Shown: positions 56,255-64,000 of the stretch, piece by piece
How the letters are laid out: each line of letters starts with the position of its first letter
Numbering within the stretch: the first letter of the stretch is position 1
Assembly (NCBI GenBank): GCA_036505615.1
Contig: DASXTB010000409.1
Location: 4,540 to 68,539, forward strand
DNA from: Acidobacteriota bacterium
Lineage (GTDB): Bacteria > Acidobacteriota > UBA6911 > JACQSX01
Direction: 5' to 3'
Length of the DNA: 64,000 nt
Program-made: the position numbers and the translations under genes
The notes under the pieces: model-generated
Seen by the model: the letters and a program-made list of their open reading frames with translations, nothing else
Told to the model about the DNA's origin: nothing
Database searches by the model: none

Positions 56255-59200
56255 TCACGGGATGGGCGCGCGAATTCCGCGAATGCGGTAGTTGCCTGTA
56301 TCGGCGAAGAGAAGATTGCCGGCAGGGTCGAAATCCAGAAACGACGGCAGCTTCAGAGCGGTGTTGGTGGCCTGAGTGTTGTCACCCGTGAAGCCGCTTA
56401 TCCCGTTGCCGGCCACCGTAGTGATGACACCTGTCTTTGCTGCCACCCTTCGAATCCTTGTCTCTTCCGAAACGAAAAGATTGCCGGCGGCGTCGAACTT
56501 AACGCCCACTGGATGGTTCAGGCCCGCAGCCGTAGCAGGCCCGTTATCACCGGAGGAACTGGCCTGGCCGTTGCCGGCCACCGTCGTGATAATGCCCGTA
56601 GCGGCGTCCACCCGGCGCACCCGATTGTTCCCACTGTCTGCGATTACTAAATTTCCGGCACTGTCAACGGCAATACCTGTCGGCGAATTCAAAGCGGCAT
56701 CGGTCGCAGGGCCGTTGTCGCCAAGACGATCGGATGGGCTTCCTCCTCCCACGGCCGTGGTAATGATGCCGCTTCTCAGATCCACCCTACGAATCCGGTT
56801 GTGGTTTGTGTCTGCGACGTAAAGCACCCCCGCGCGGTCGATGGCGATTCCTTGCGGCAAATTGAGGCTGGCGGCGGTGGCCGGTCCGTTATCCCCTGAG
56901 AAATCCGACTGACCGTTTCCCGCCACGGTTGTGATGACGCCGGCGCCGTCCACTTTTCGAATTCTGTTGTTTAGCGAGTCGGAAATGAAAAGATTTCCAC
57001 TCCCGTCGATGGCCACGCCAGTTGGAGAGCTTAATGGACTCGAGGCGGCTGGAACATTGTCTCCAAGAAAACCGGCAATTCCGGTTCCGGCGACAGTGGT
57101 GATAATCCCGGTGCTTGCGGTAACTTTTCGGATCCGTTGGTTTCCGAAATCTGCAATAAAAAAGTTTCCCGCAGCATCCACCGCGATTCCTTGCGGCGAA
57201 AGCAAATTGGCTGCCGTTGCCGGTCCGCCATCCCCCAGGAAACTTTGTTGGCCGTTGCCTGCCACTGTGGTAATCGTTCCCGCCGAGACCCTTCGAATCC
57301 GGCTATTTCCCTGATCCACGATCAAAAGATTGCCGGCGCCATCTGTCGCCACTCCGTAGGGTGATGACAAGGCAGCCTGCGTCGCAGGGCCGCCGTCTCC
57401 AGAGAAACCCTGCACCCCAGTTCCAGCTACAGTGGTGATGATTCGCGTGGAGGCGTCGACCCGCCGAACACGGTGGTTGGCTGTGTCGCCAATGAAAAGG
57501 TTACCAGCGACGTCCACGGTAATACCGGCGGGAGAATTCAGCATCGCGCTGGTTGCACTCTGCAAGTCGCCGGAAAAGCCGGCCTGCCCGTTTCCCGCGA
57601 CCGTGGTAATCACTTTCGAAGCGGCATCGATTCTTCGAATCCGTTGATTGACCGTGTCGGCAACGAAGACATTACCGGAAGCATCCAGCGCAATTCCTTG
57701 GGGGGATCTGAGGGCCGCGGCCGTGGCCGGCCCGTTGTCGCCGCCAAAGTCTGGATCCGTTCCTGCAATCGTAGTGATGATTCCGGTCTTTGCATCGACT
57801 TTGCGAATACGGTGATTCGAAGTGTCGGCGATAAGCAAATTGCCTGCTCCATCGATCGCCACTGCGCGTGGGGCATTCAACGTTGCCTGAGTGGCCGGCC
57901 CCCCATCCCCGGCGAAGGGCCCCAGCCCGCGTCCCGCAACGGTTGTGATAGTTCCAGTCGCCGCGACGATTTTTCGGACCCGGCTGTTTGCTGTGTCCGC
58001 GACGTATAGATTCCCCGCACTATCGATGGCGATTCCTCGTGGGAAAGCCAGCGAAGCGGCGATAGCCGGCCCGCCGTCGCCGGAAAAGCCGATCTGGCCG
58101 TTGCCCGCCACGGCAGTAATAATTCCGGTCGCCGCGTTGATCTTTCGGATGCGATTATTATTTGCGTCTGTAAAGAAAATATTTCCCGCAGGGTCGACGG
58201 CCATTTGCTGCGGGCTGAAAAGAGTAGCTTCAGTGGCCGGACCTCCGTCGCCCGTAAAAGTCGTCCCTCCGGCGACCGTGGTGATCTGTCCGGGAAGCAA
58301 ATCACTTAGAGGAATCGGATCGACGAGCAAGGGTTTCTGCGCCACGCCGCCGCGGTTCTGCACTGTCAGAGTCAGGCGGCCGCTGGGAAGCGGAGGCGCG
58401 ATAACAGTCAGCGTCTGCGTGTCCAAGACCTGCGGGTTTGCCACGACCCCTCCCACGATCACCACTGTCTCAGGCGCAAAATTCCTTCCGCTGATTGTGA
58501 CCAGCGCGCCGCCTTTGTTGCTGACTCGGCCGGGATTGATGCTGGAGATCGACGGCTCGCCGTAGGTGATTTCGCCGTTGGAGCGGCTGCTGTCGGCCAC
58601 CAGAACCTTTCCGCTGCGCGTGATGGCGATTCCTCTGGGAGTGGCGAACGTATTGGCTTGAGCGGCGGCGGCGATATCTCCGTTTCGCAGCAGGGCAGTT
58701 ATCTGACCTGAATTTGCCTCCGTCACATAGATGTTACCGAAAGGATCTACCGCTACGCCGGTGGGGGATTTGAATTTCAACGGGGAGACTGCGAAAGGGC
58801 GAGTGAGGGAGGAGGAGAGCGGGGGAGTGGGAGAGGGGGGGAGTGAGAGAGTGTGGGAACGGGGGAGTGGGCGAGTGGGAGAGTGGGTGAGCGGGAGAGT
58901 GGGAGATGTCGGAAATGTAACTCGCCCGACATTCCTCTTGGCTGCAATGGCGCCGATGGTTTCCACTGTGCCGTCTTCTTTAACCCGGCGCAGCAGGCCG
59001 TTTCCGGTGTCGGCGACGATGACACTGACCGGCGGCGGAGGATCTCCCGTTGCTTCGCGCGCCAGTTGCTGGCCGAGCGACTCGGTCTCAACTGCGATCC
59101 CGGCAGGGAAGTTGAAGCTGGCAGCGGAGCCGACTCCATCCGCTGCGCCGGCCACACCCGCTCTTCCAGCAACGGTCTCCACCGTCTTTGCCTTGCTCGG

Positions 59201-61468
59201 ATCCAGGCTGATTCTGCGGATGGTGTGGTTATTCGAATCGGCAATCCAAAGGTTGCCGCGATCGTCCAGCGCCATCCCCTGCGGATTGTTGAAGGTGGCT
59301 GCGTTGACCGGGCCATCCAGGCTCCCGGCTTGGCGCGTTCCGGCCAGCGTGTCCGCGCGGCCGCTGGGGCCCGGCCGCACCTGGCGAATGACATTGTTGT
59401 CGCTGTCGCTGACGTATAAACTGCCGTCGAATTGATTGAGCACCAGAAACGACGGCCTCTGAAACAAGGCCTTCAGTCTTTCATCTTCGCGGAAGCCGGG
59501 AGTCTGACTGACTCCTGCATACAACGCCGGAGTGGATTCAAGGTCGGGCGCAAGCAGGATGGTGTGATCGCTGGAATCTGCCAGATAAACTCTTCCGCCC
59601 AGATCCTGCGCAATTCCCGTGATTACAAAGCCCGCTTCTGCAAATTTGTCGCGCTTTCTCTGCACTACGGCGCCGGAAGTAACTTTGACCACTGTAATGG
59701 TGGCTCGGATCTCCGTTCCCCCACCCGAAACTTTCAGTGTGGCAAAGCCACGAAGCTTGCCCTGGATTTTTCCCAGATCATCCACAAAGGCGACATCGGG
59801 GCTGAGACTGCTCTGCGCCAGCGTGATTTCGTCGCGTATGTTGCCGTCGCTATCGAGCGCCCGCGCGCGGAGTTGAGCGATGTTCCCTTCGTTGACGATG
59901 ACTTCCTTGGCCGAGGGATTAAAAGGGTCCAGGGCAATGCGCGCTACGGCAACAAGTTGTCCCGGCGTCAATTGGACTCCACCGCCCGGAAGGATCCGGT
60001 ATGGAAACCGGCTGTCGGTTTGAACTCCCAGGGGAAGGGTCAGTCCGTTGCCGTCGTCGCGGAAAAAGCTTACTGACCCGGTCGAGGCTCTAATCTTGTC
60101 CGTGCCGATGAAGATCAAGCTTGTGGAATATCCGGCGCCGAAGCCGATCTGAGGAAAAACGAGAGAAGTAGCGGTGACGGGCCTTGTCAAGTCGGCGATG
60201 GGAAGAGTTGTCAGGATGGGATGATTTCTCTGATTGATGCTCAGCTTCAAGGTAACCGGCGCTACCGGCACAGGACTGCTGATTTCCATCAGGCCGGTGA
60301 AATTGGACGGCGCATCCGGAAATAGTTCATCGACGAAGATGGGGAGATGCCCTCGCGGAGGCAGTACCCGAGTTGTTCGTTGAATCAGGTCTCCGCTGCG
60401 GCCCATCAGGTCGAAGGTCACCGTGGTTTGGGGATTGTCGGGGCTGGCAATGGCAATGCCGGTGCGGGTGGCCCTGTTGTCTACAAAGACGCGCGCATCG
60501 GTTGTGGGCGCCACCGCAGCCACTCCTGCTTCGCTCACGACGCGGTTGTTCGATGTGAACTGGAAAATAGCGCTGCCAGCCGGAGCCGCGCTTCCTTGAA
60601 GTAGAGTCACCACGGCATAACCCACCGCAGTACCCGAGGAGCTGTTGAGTTGTGCGCGATATACGCCATCGGCCTCGATCTGATAGGGGAATTCCGAGGA
60701 GACAGCCGCGGATGCTTCTCCCAATGACGCGGATGAGGGACAGCACGCTATTTCTCTATCGGAAACCTTCGTGAGCTGAAATTGCAGGGGCATCCCGTCC
60801 GATCCGATCAACTGAATCATGCCGCCGATCCGCTGAGAGCTGCGATTAATCAGGACCAGTTGAGTTGATAAATTACTTCCGGCGCCGATCTGAGGGAAAA
60901 CAATTGATCCGGTTGCCGGCGTCGCTGACATGTCCACCACCGGAAGCGTGGCATAAATCGGCTCGTCCAAGACGTTTCTGCTTTCGCGCAGAGTGATGGC
61001 CGCCAGCTTTTGATCGCTTTCAAAACTGAGGCTGCCCATAAAAGAGAGAGGCAGATTGGTAAAAAGTTCATCGACGAACAAGGCCAGATGCTGGCGAGGC
61101 GCGAGCGTTTGATTTTTTCGATCCACTTCTTTACCCGAAGCATCTCGCAGAACCAGTGTCAGGATCGCCTTTTGGTCGGATGGATTGACGATGGCAACGG
61201 CGGTGCGTCTCCCTTGTTGGTCGACAAAGATTCTTCCCGAGCGGATCGGTTCTGCGGCGCCCACACCGGCCTGCCAAATCATCACACCGTTGGTATTTGT
61301 GAACGTGAACAAAGCTGTGCCCACGGGCGTGGCGCTTCCGCTGTCGGCGGTGATCACAGCGTATCCCACCTGTAATGAAGTTTGGGAATAGACAAAGCAG
61401 AAGAGAGCAACCGCGAAGAGCGCCACGAGCGTGAAGCGTCCGAGCCGCAGCCAAAAGTCATCAGTCAT
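56255..61468 (-). CDS. Giant secreted NHL-repeat beta-propeller protein (1737 aa) with IPT/Ig-like domains
   Basis: N-terminal hydrophobic anchor/signal. More than 20 NHL-type repeats (GDGGPAT..L..P.GIA.D..GN.Y.AD..N.RIRKV). IPT-like segment (RVSNKGGALVTISGRNF). An internal in-frame heptamer-repeat linker at 58795-58915. Confidence 0.75.
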   Translation of the reverse strand: MTDDFWLRLGRFTLVALFAVALFCFVYSQTSLQVGYAVITADSGSATPVGTALFTFTNTNGVMIWQAGVGAAEPIRSGRIFVDQQGRRTAVAIVNPSDQKAILTLVLRDASGKEVDRKNQTLAPRQHLALFVDELFTNLPLSFMGSLSFESDQKLAAITLRESRNVLDEPIYATLPVVDMSATPATGSIVFPQIGAGSNLSTQLVLINRSSQRIGGMIQLIGSDGMPLQFQLTKVSDREIACCPSSASLGEASAAVSSEFPYQIEADGVYRAQLNSSSGTAVGYAVVTLLQGSAAPAGSAIFQFTSNNRVVSEAGVAAVAPTTDARVFVDNRATRTGIAIASPDNPQTTVTFDLMGRSGDLIQRTTRVLPPRGHLPIFVDELFPDAPSNFTGLMEISSPVPVAPVTLKLSINQRNHPILTTLPIADLTRPVTATSLVFPQIGFGAGYSTSLIFIGTDKIRASTGSVSFFRDDGNGLTLPLGVQTDSRFPYRILPGGGVQLTPGQLVAVARIALDPFNPSAKEVIVNEGNIAQLRARALDSDGNIRDEITLAQSSLSPDVAFVDDLGKIQGKLRGFATLKVSGGGTEIRATITVVKVTSGAVVQRKRDKFAEAGFVITGIAQDLGGRVYLADSSDHTILLAPDLESTPALYAGVSQTPGFREDERLKALFQRPSFLVLNQFDGSLYVSDSDNNVIRQVRPGPSGRADTLAGTRQAGSLDGPVNAATFNNPQGMALDDRGNLWIADSNNHTIRRISLDPSKAKTVETVAGRAGVAGAADGVGSAASFNFPAGIAVETESLGQQLAREATGDPPPPVSVIVADTGNGLLRRVKEDGTVETIGAIAAKRNVGRVTFPTSPTLPLTHSPTRPLPRSHTLSLPPSPTPPLSSSLTRPFAVSPLKFKSPTGVAVDPFGNIYVTEANSGQITALLRNGDIAAAAQANTFATPRGIAITRSGKVLVADSSRSNGEITYGEPSISSINPGRVSNKGGALVTISGRNFAPETVVIVGGVVANPQVLDTQTLTVIAPPLPSGRLTLTVQNRGGVAQKPLLVDPIPLSDLLPGQITTVAGGTTFTGDGGPATEATLFSPQQMAVDPAGNIFFTDANNNRIRKINAATGIITAVAGNGQIGFSGDGGPAIAASLAFPRGIAIDSAGNLYVADTANSRVRKIVAATGTITTVAGRGLGPFAGDGGPATQATLNAPRAVAIDGAGNLLIADTSNHRIRKVDAKTGIITTIAGTDPDFGGDNGPATAAALRSPQGIALDASGNVFVADTVNQRIRRIDAASKVITTVAGNGQAGFSGDLQSATSAMLNSPAGITVDVAGNLFIGDTANHRVRRVDASTRIITTVAGTGVQGFSGDGGPATQAALSSPYGVATDGAGNLLIVDQGNSRIRRVSAGTITTVAGNGQQSFLGDGGPATAANLLSPQGIAVDAAGNFFIADFGNQRIRKVTASTGIITTVAGTGIAGFLGDNVPAASSPLSSPTGVAIDGSGNLFISDSLNNRIRKVDGAGVITTVAGNGQSDFSGDNGPATAASLNLPQGIAIDRAGVLYVADTNHNRIRRVDLRSGIITTAVGGGSPSDRLGDNGPATDAALNSPTGIAVDSAGNLVIADSGNNRVRRVDAATGIITTVAGNGQASSSGDNGPATAAGLNHPVGVKFDAAGNLFVSEETRIRRVAAKTGVITTVAGNGISGFTGDNTQATNTALKLPSFLDFDPAGNLLFADTGNYRIRGIRAPIP
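58795..58915. repeat. GRGAGTGGG heptamer array embedded in-frame in the NHL-protein CDS
   Basis: gggagtgggagagggggggagtgagagagtgtgggaacgggggagtgggcgagtgggagagtgggtgagcgggagagtgggag. Translated on the minus strand as PTLPLTHSPTRPLPRSHTLSLPPSPTPPLSS. Confidence 0.7.
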
Positions 61469-61499
61469 CGGTCACCATTGTAGCGCCGGTCTCCAGGCC

Positions 61500-61700
61500 G
61501 GCCTTCGAACGAATCTGGGCAGAAGGAAATGCCGGCCGGAGGCCGGCGCCTCAGGTTTGGACACCTTGGAGAGACGGCCTGAGGGCCGTCTCCTGCGCAA
61601 TCTTGCATCGTGCAAGAGACGCCCCACGGGGCGTCTCTCCAATAGCGCCGCTTCGCGGCGCCAATGCCGGCCGGAGGCCGGCGCTACAGTTTTTTCTCAC
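61500..61700. repeat. Run of six short perfect GC-rich hairpins between the two NHL paralogs
   Basis: gccggccggaggccggc (twice), gagacggcctgagggccgtctc, cttgcatcgtgcaag, gagacgccccacggggcgtctc, gcgccgcttcgcggcgc. Confidence 0.6.
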
Positions 61701-61713
61701 AGTGTTGAGCGCC

Positions 61714-64000
61714 TCACGGCTGTCGGCGGCCGGTTCTTCCGGATGCATGAACAGCGCGGATGCGATGATTGTTTGTGTCCGCGATAAAAAGGTTGCCCGC
61801 CGGATCAAAGGCGATGCCTGTCGGACTATCGAAAGTGGCCAAGGTTGCAGGCCCGCTGTCGCCGGAAAAACCACTATCGCAGTTGCCTGCCACGGTGGCA
61901 ACACTCCCCCTGGAATCGATTCTCAAGATCCGGTGGCTGTTCGGCTCCGAGACAAAAATGTTACCGGCGTTGTCTATGGCGATGCCCGCCGGAAAACCCA
62001 AGGATATTGCGGAAGCTAGTTGGCTGGCGTCGCAAAAACCTTCTTGCCCGGTGCCAATTACCGTCGTAATAATTCCCTTGCTGTCCAGCTTGCGGATCCT
62101 GAAATTTGCACCGTCCGCGATCAGCACATTGCCGGCCCGATCTATGGCAACCGCGAAGGGAGATTTCAGCAACGCGGATGTCCCGGGCCCATTGTCGCCC
62201 GAGAAACCGCCGCCGGCCGAACCGATATCTCCACTTCCGGCCACGGTTGTGATGATCCCGCTCTTTGCGTCTACGCGGCGGATCCGGTGATTCTCCGTGT
62301 CGGCAATGAAGAGGTTGCCCGCGCCATCGATGGCGACTCCTCTGGGGTAATTGAGAAGAGCCTTAGTGGCCAGGTCTCCGTCGCCGGAGAAACCCGGCTG
62401 GAAGCTGGGTTGGCTGTTGCCTGCGACGGTGGTAATGATTCCCTTGGTATCAATTTTGCGGATACGCTGGTTTGAGGTGTCTGCAATAAAGAGATTCCCG
62501 GCTGCGTCCATCGCCACTCCGTCGGGCGCGCTGAGATCGGCGGCGCTGGCGGGACCTCCATCGCCCGAAAAGCTAAACAGATTATTTCCCGCCACAGTGG
62601 TGATGACTCCGCTTGCGGCATCAACTTTTCGAATTCGCGAGTTCCCCGTGTCGGCAATGAAAAGATTCCCAGCCGCGTCAAAGACAACTCCCCTGGGATA
62701 ATTTAGCGCAGATGCCGTAGCTGGTGCGTTTTCGTCCGGAATGCGCGCCAGGCCGTTGCCTCCCATGGTGCTTATGGTTCCCGTCTTAGCATCGACCCTG
62801 CGGACGCGGTAATTCAAGCTGTCGGTTATGAAAATATTTCCACCGGCGTCCACAGCAACCGCGTTGGGAGCGTTCAGAGAAGCCGCTGTTGCCAGGCCGC
62901 CGTCGCCACCAAAGCCGCTCTCTCCATTTCCCGCCATCGTGGTAATAATTTTTGTAGCCGCATCGACTTTGCGAATCCGATTATTGCCCGCGTCGGCAAT
63001 GATCAGGTTGCCTGCAGCATCCACTGCAAATCCCAGCGGGGCGATTTGCGCTGCGGTTGCAGGACCATTGTCACCTACGTCGCCGGAATCGAACATTCCG
63101 TTGCCTGCCACGGTGGTGATAAATCCCGTGCCGGCGCTGACCTTTCGAATTCGTCTATTCCCAGCGTCCGAAATGAAGATGTTCCCGCCAGCGTCGACGG
63201 CGACCGCAATCGGATTATTCAAGGTTGCCGAGGTAGCCGGCCCATTGTCTCCGGAGAAACCGCCCATGCCGTCTCCCGTCGGACCGCTGCCGGCCACCGT
63301 GCTAATAATGCCCGTCGCGGCATTGACCTTGCGAATCCTGTGATTGAACGTGTCTGCGATGAAAAGGTTCCCGTTGGTGTCAACAGCTATTCCGTTAGGG
63401 TTGTTGAAGCAGGCCCGCAGGGTGTCTCCTCCATCGCCGCAGAAACCGTACTCGCCTCCCGCCACCGTTGTGATAATTCCGGTGGCTGCGTCGATTTTCC
63501 GAATTCGTCCTCCATCGGTGACGAAGAAATTTCCGGCAGTGTCGGATGCAAGGCCGACCAGAAAATTGCTACTGCTGGGTCCCGGAGGCGACAGGCCCGC
63601 AATGATGGCCAGCCCGCCATCTCCGGAGGAAACAGAAGTCCCGTTGCCCGCCACCGTAGTGATAATCCCACTGGCCGGAGCAATCCTTCGAACCCCATTT
63701 TTCAGGCTATCGACAAAGAGTAGATTTCCGCCGGCGTCAACGGTGATACCAACTGGAAAGATCGGAGTCGCAGTTGCCGCCGAACCATCCCCGCTGAACG
63801 TCGACCCTCCGGCAACCGTGGTGACGTATCCTTGAGGAAGCTGGTTCAATGGGACTGCGTTGACCAGCAGCGGTTTTTGAGCCACTCCGCCCCGGTTCTG
63901 CACAGTCAGAGTGGTCAACCCGCTGGGAAGCATCGGCGCGTTAAAGGAGAGAGTCTGCGTGTCGATGATTCTTACTTCTGAAATTACCACTCCGGCTGCA
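61714..64000 (-). CDS. NHL-repeat beta-propeller protein, paralog of the upstream gene (5' end beyond window)
   Basis: More than 12 NHL repeats. The segment TQTLSFNAPMLPSGLTTLTVQNRGGVAQKPLLVNAVPL is nearly identical to residues in the upstream paralog. The ORF is open to the window edge. Confidence 0.7.
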   Translation of the reverse strand, partial: AAGVVISEVRIIDTQTLSFNAPMLPSGLTTLTVQNRGGVAQKPLLVNAVPLNQLPQGYVTTVAGGSTFSGDGSAATATPIFPVGITVDAGGNLLFVDSLKNGVRRIAPASGIITTVAGNGTSVSSGDGGLAIIAGLSPPGPSSSNFLVGLASDTAGNFFVTDGGRIRKIDAATGIITTVAGGEYGFCGDGGDTLRACFNNPNGIAVDTNGNLFIADTFNHRIRKVNAATGIISTVAGSGPTGDGMGGFSGDNGPATSATLNNPIAVAVDAGGNIFISDAGNRRIRKVSAGTGFITTVAGNGMFDSGDVGDNGPATAAQIAPLGFAVDAAGNLIIADAGNNRIRKVDAATKIITTMAGNGESGFGGDGGLATAASLNAPNAVAVDAGGNIFITDSLNYRVRRVDAKTGTISTMGGNGLARIPDENAPATASALNYPRGVVFDAAGNLFIADTGNSRIRKVDAASGVITTVAGNNLFSFSGDGGPASAADLSAPDGVAMDAAGNLFIADTSNQRIRKIDTKGIITTVAGNSQPSFQPGFSGDGDLATKALLNYPRGVAIDGAGNLFIADTENHRIRRVDAKSGIITTVAGSGDIGSAGGGFSGDNGPGTSALLKSPFAVAIDRAGNVLIADGANFRIRKLDSKGIITTVIGTGQEGFCDASQLASAISLGFPAGIAIDNAGNIFVSEPNSHRILRIDSRGSVATVAGNCDSGFSGDSGPATLATFDSPTGIAFDPAGNLFIADTNNHRIRAVHASGRTGRRQP

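Noticed and set aside
56376-63835. Many 100-230-aa plus-strand ORFs across the NHL genes
   Set aside because: Shadow frames of highly repetitive GC-rich NHL coding sequence. The minus-strand frame gives coherent NHL repeats.
1-64000. Search for tRNA/rRNA genes
   Set aside because: No T-loop (GGTTCGAATCC-like) or anticodon-stem patterns, and no rRNA-like conserved stretches, were found by eye. A tRNAscan/Infernal run would be needed to be certain.

Overview
This window reads as a GC-rich (~60%) bacterial chromosomal segment. The gene content (many NHL/YVTN beta-propellers, a T2SS/T4P-type machine, ECF sigma factors) suggests an Acidobacteriota-like organism, but that is a guess. About 50 protein-coding genes are supportable. 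I found no rRNA, tRNA, CRISPR array, or transposase/integrase other than a XerC/D recombinase.

Main gene content, in order along the window:
- An operon of a TldD/PmbA 3' end, a small membrane protein and a HAMP-PP2C sensor phosphatase.
- An XRE regulator.
- A standalone CheY-like receiver next to a small Pro-rich secreted peptide.
- A large secreted zinc metalloprotease with a coupled small partner.
- PlsC.
- A radical-SAM SplB-like protein next to a ParB-like nuclease-domain protein.
- UvrD/PcrA, an APC amino-acid permease and a YVTN propeller.
- A GIY-YIG domain protein.
- An EamA transporter, HtrA/DegP and an aldehyde dehydrogenase.
- A complete type II secretion / type IV pilus-like gene cluster on the minus strand (secretin, GspC/PilP, GspM/PilO, GspL/PilMN, GspK, J, I, H, two GspG, GspF, GspE). 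Immediately upstream of it lie an ECF sigma/anti-sigma pair, a receiver protein with a C-terminal Cys4 ribbon, and an Hpt protein.
- Uma2 endonuclease, GAF-GGDEF, XerC/D and TrmFO.
- A NtrB/NtrC-like two-component pair.
- argR with a convergent argG-argH-argF block.
- Two tandem giant NHL-repeat proteins; the second runs off the window.

The most striking feature, and my best candidate for something undescribed, is that almost every intergenic region is occupied by a tandem array of short (mostly 7-nt) units paired with its own reverse complement, or by a giant perfect palindrome (37-48 bp stems). Several unit families recur at more than one locus. Some arrays intrude in-frame into coding sequence: an ArgG C-terminal tail, an NHL-protein linker, the TrmFO tail and the 5' ends of pseudopilin genes.
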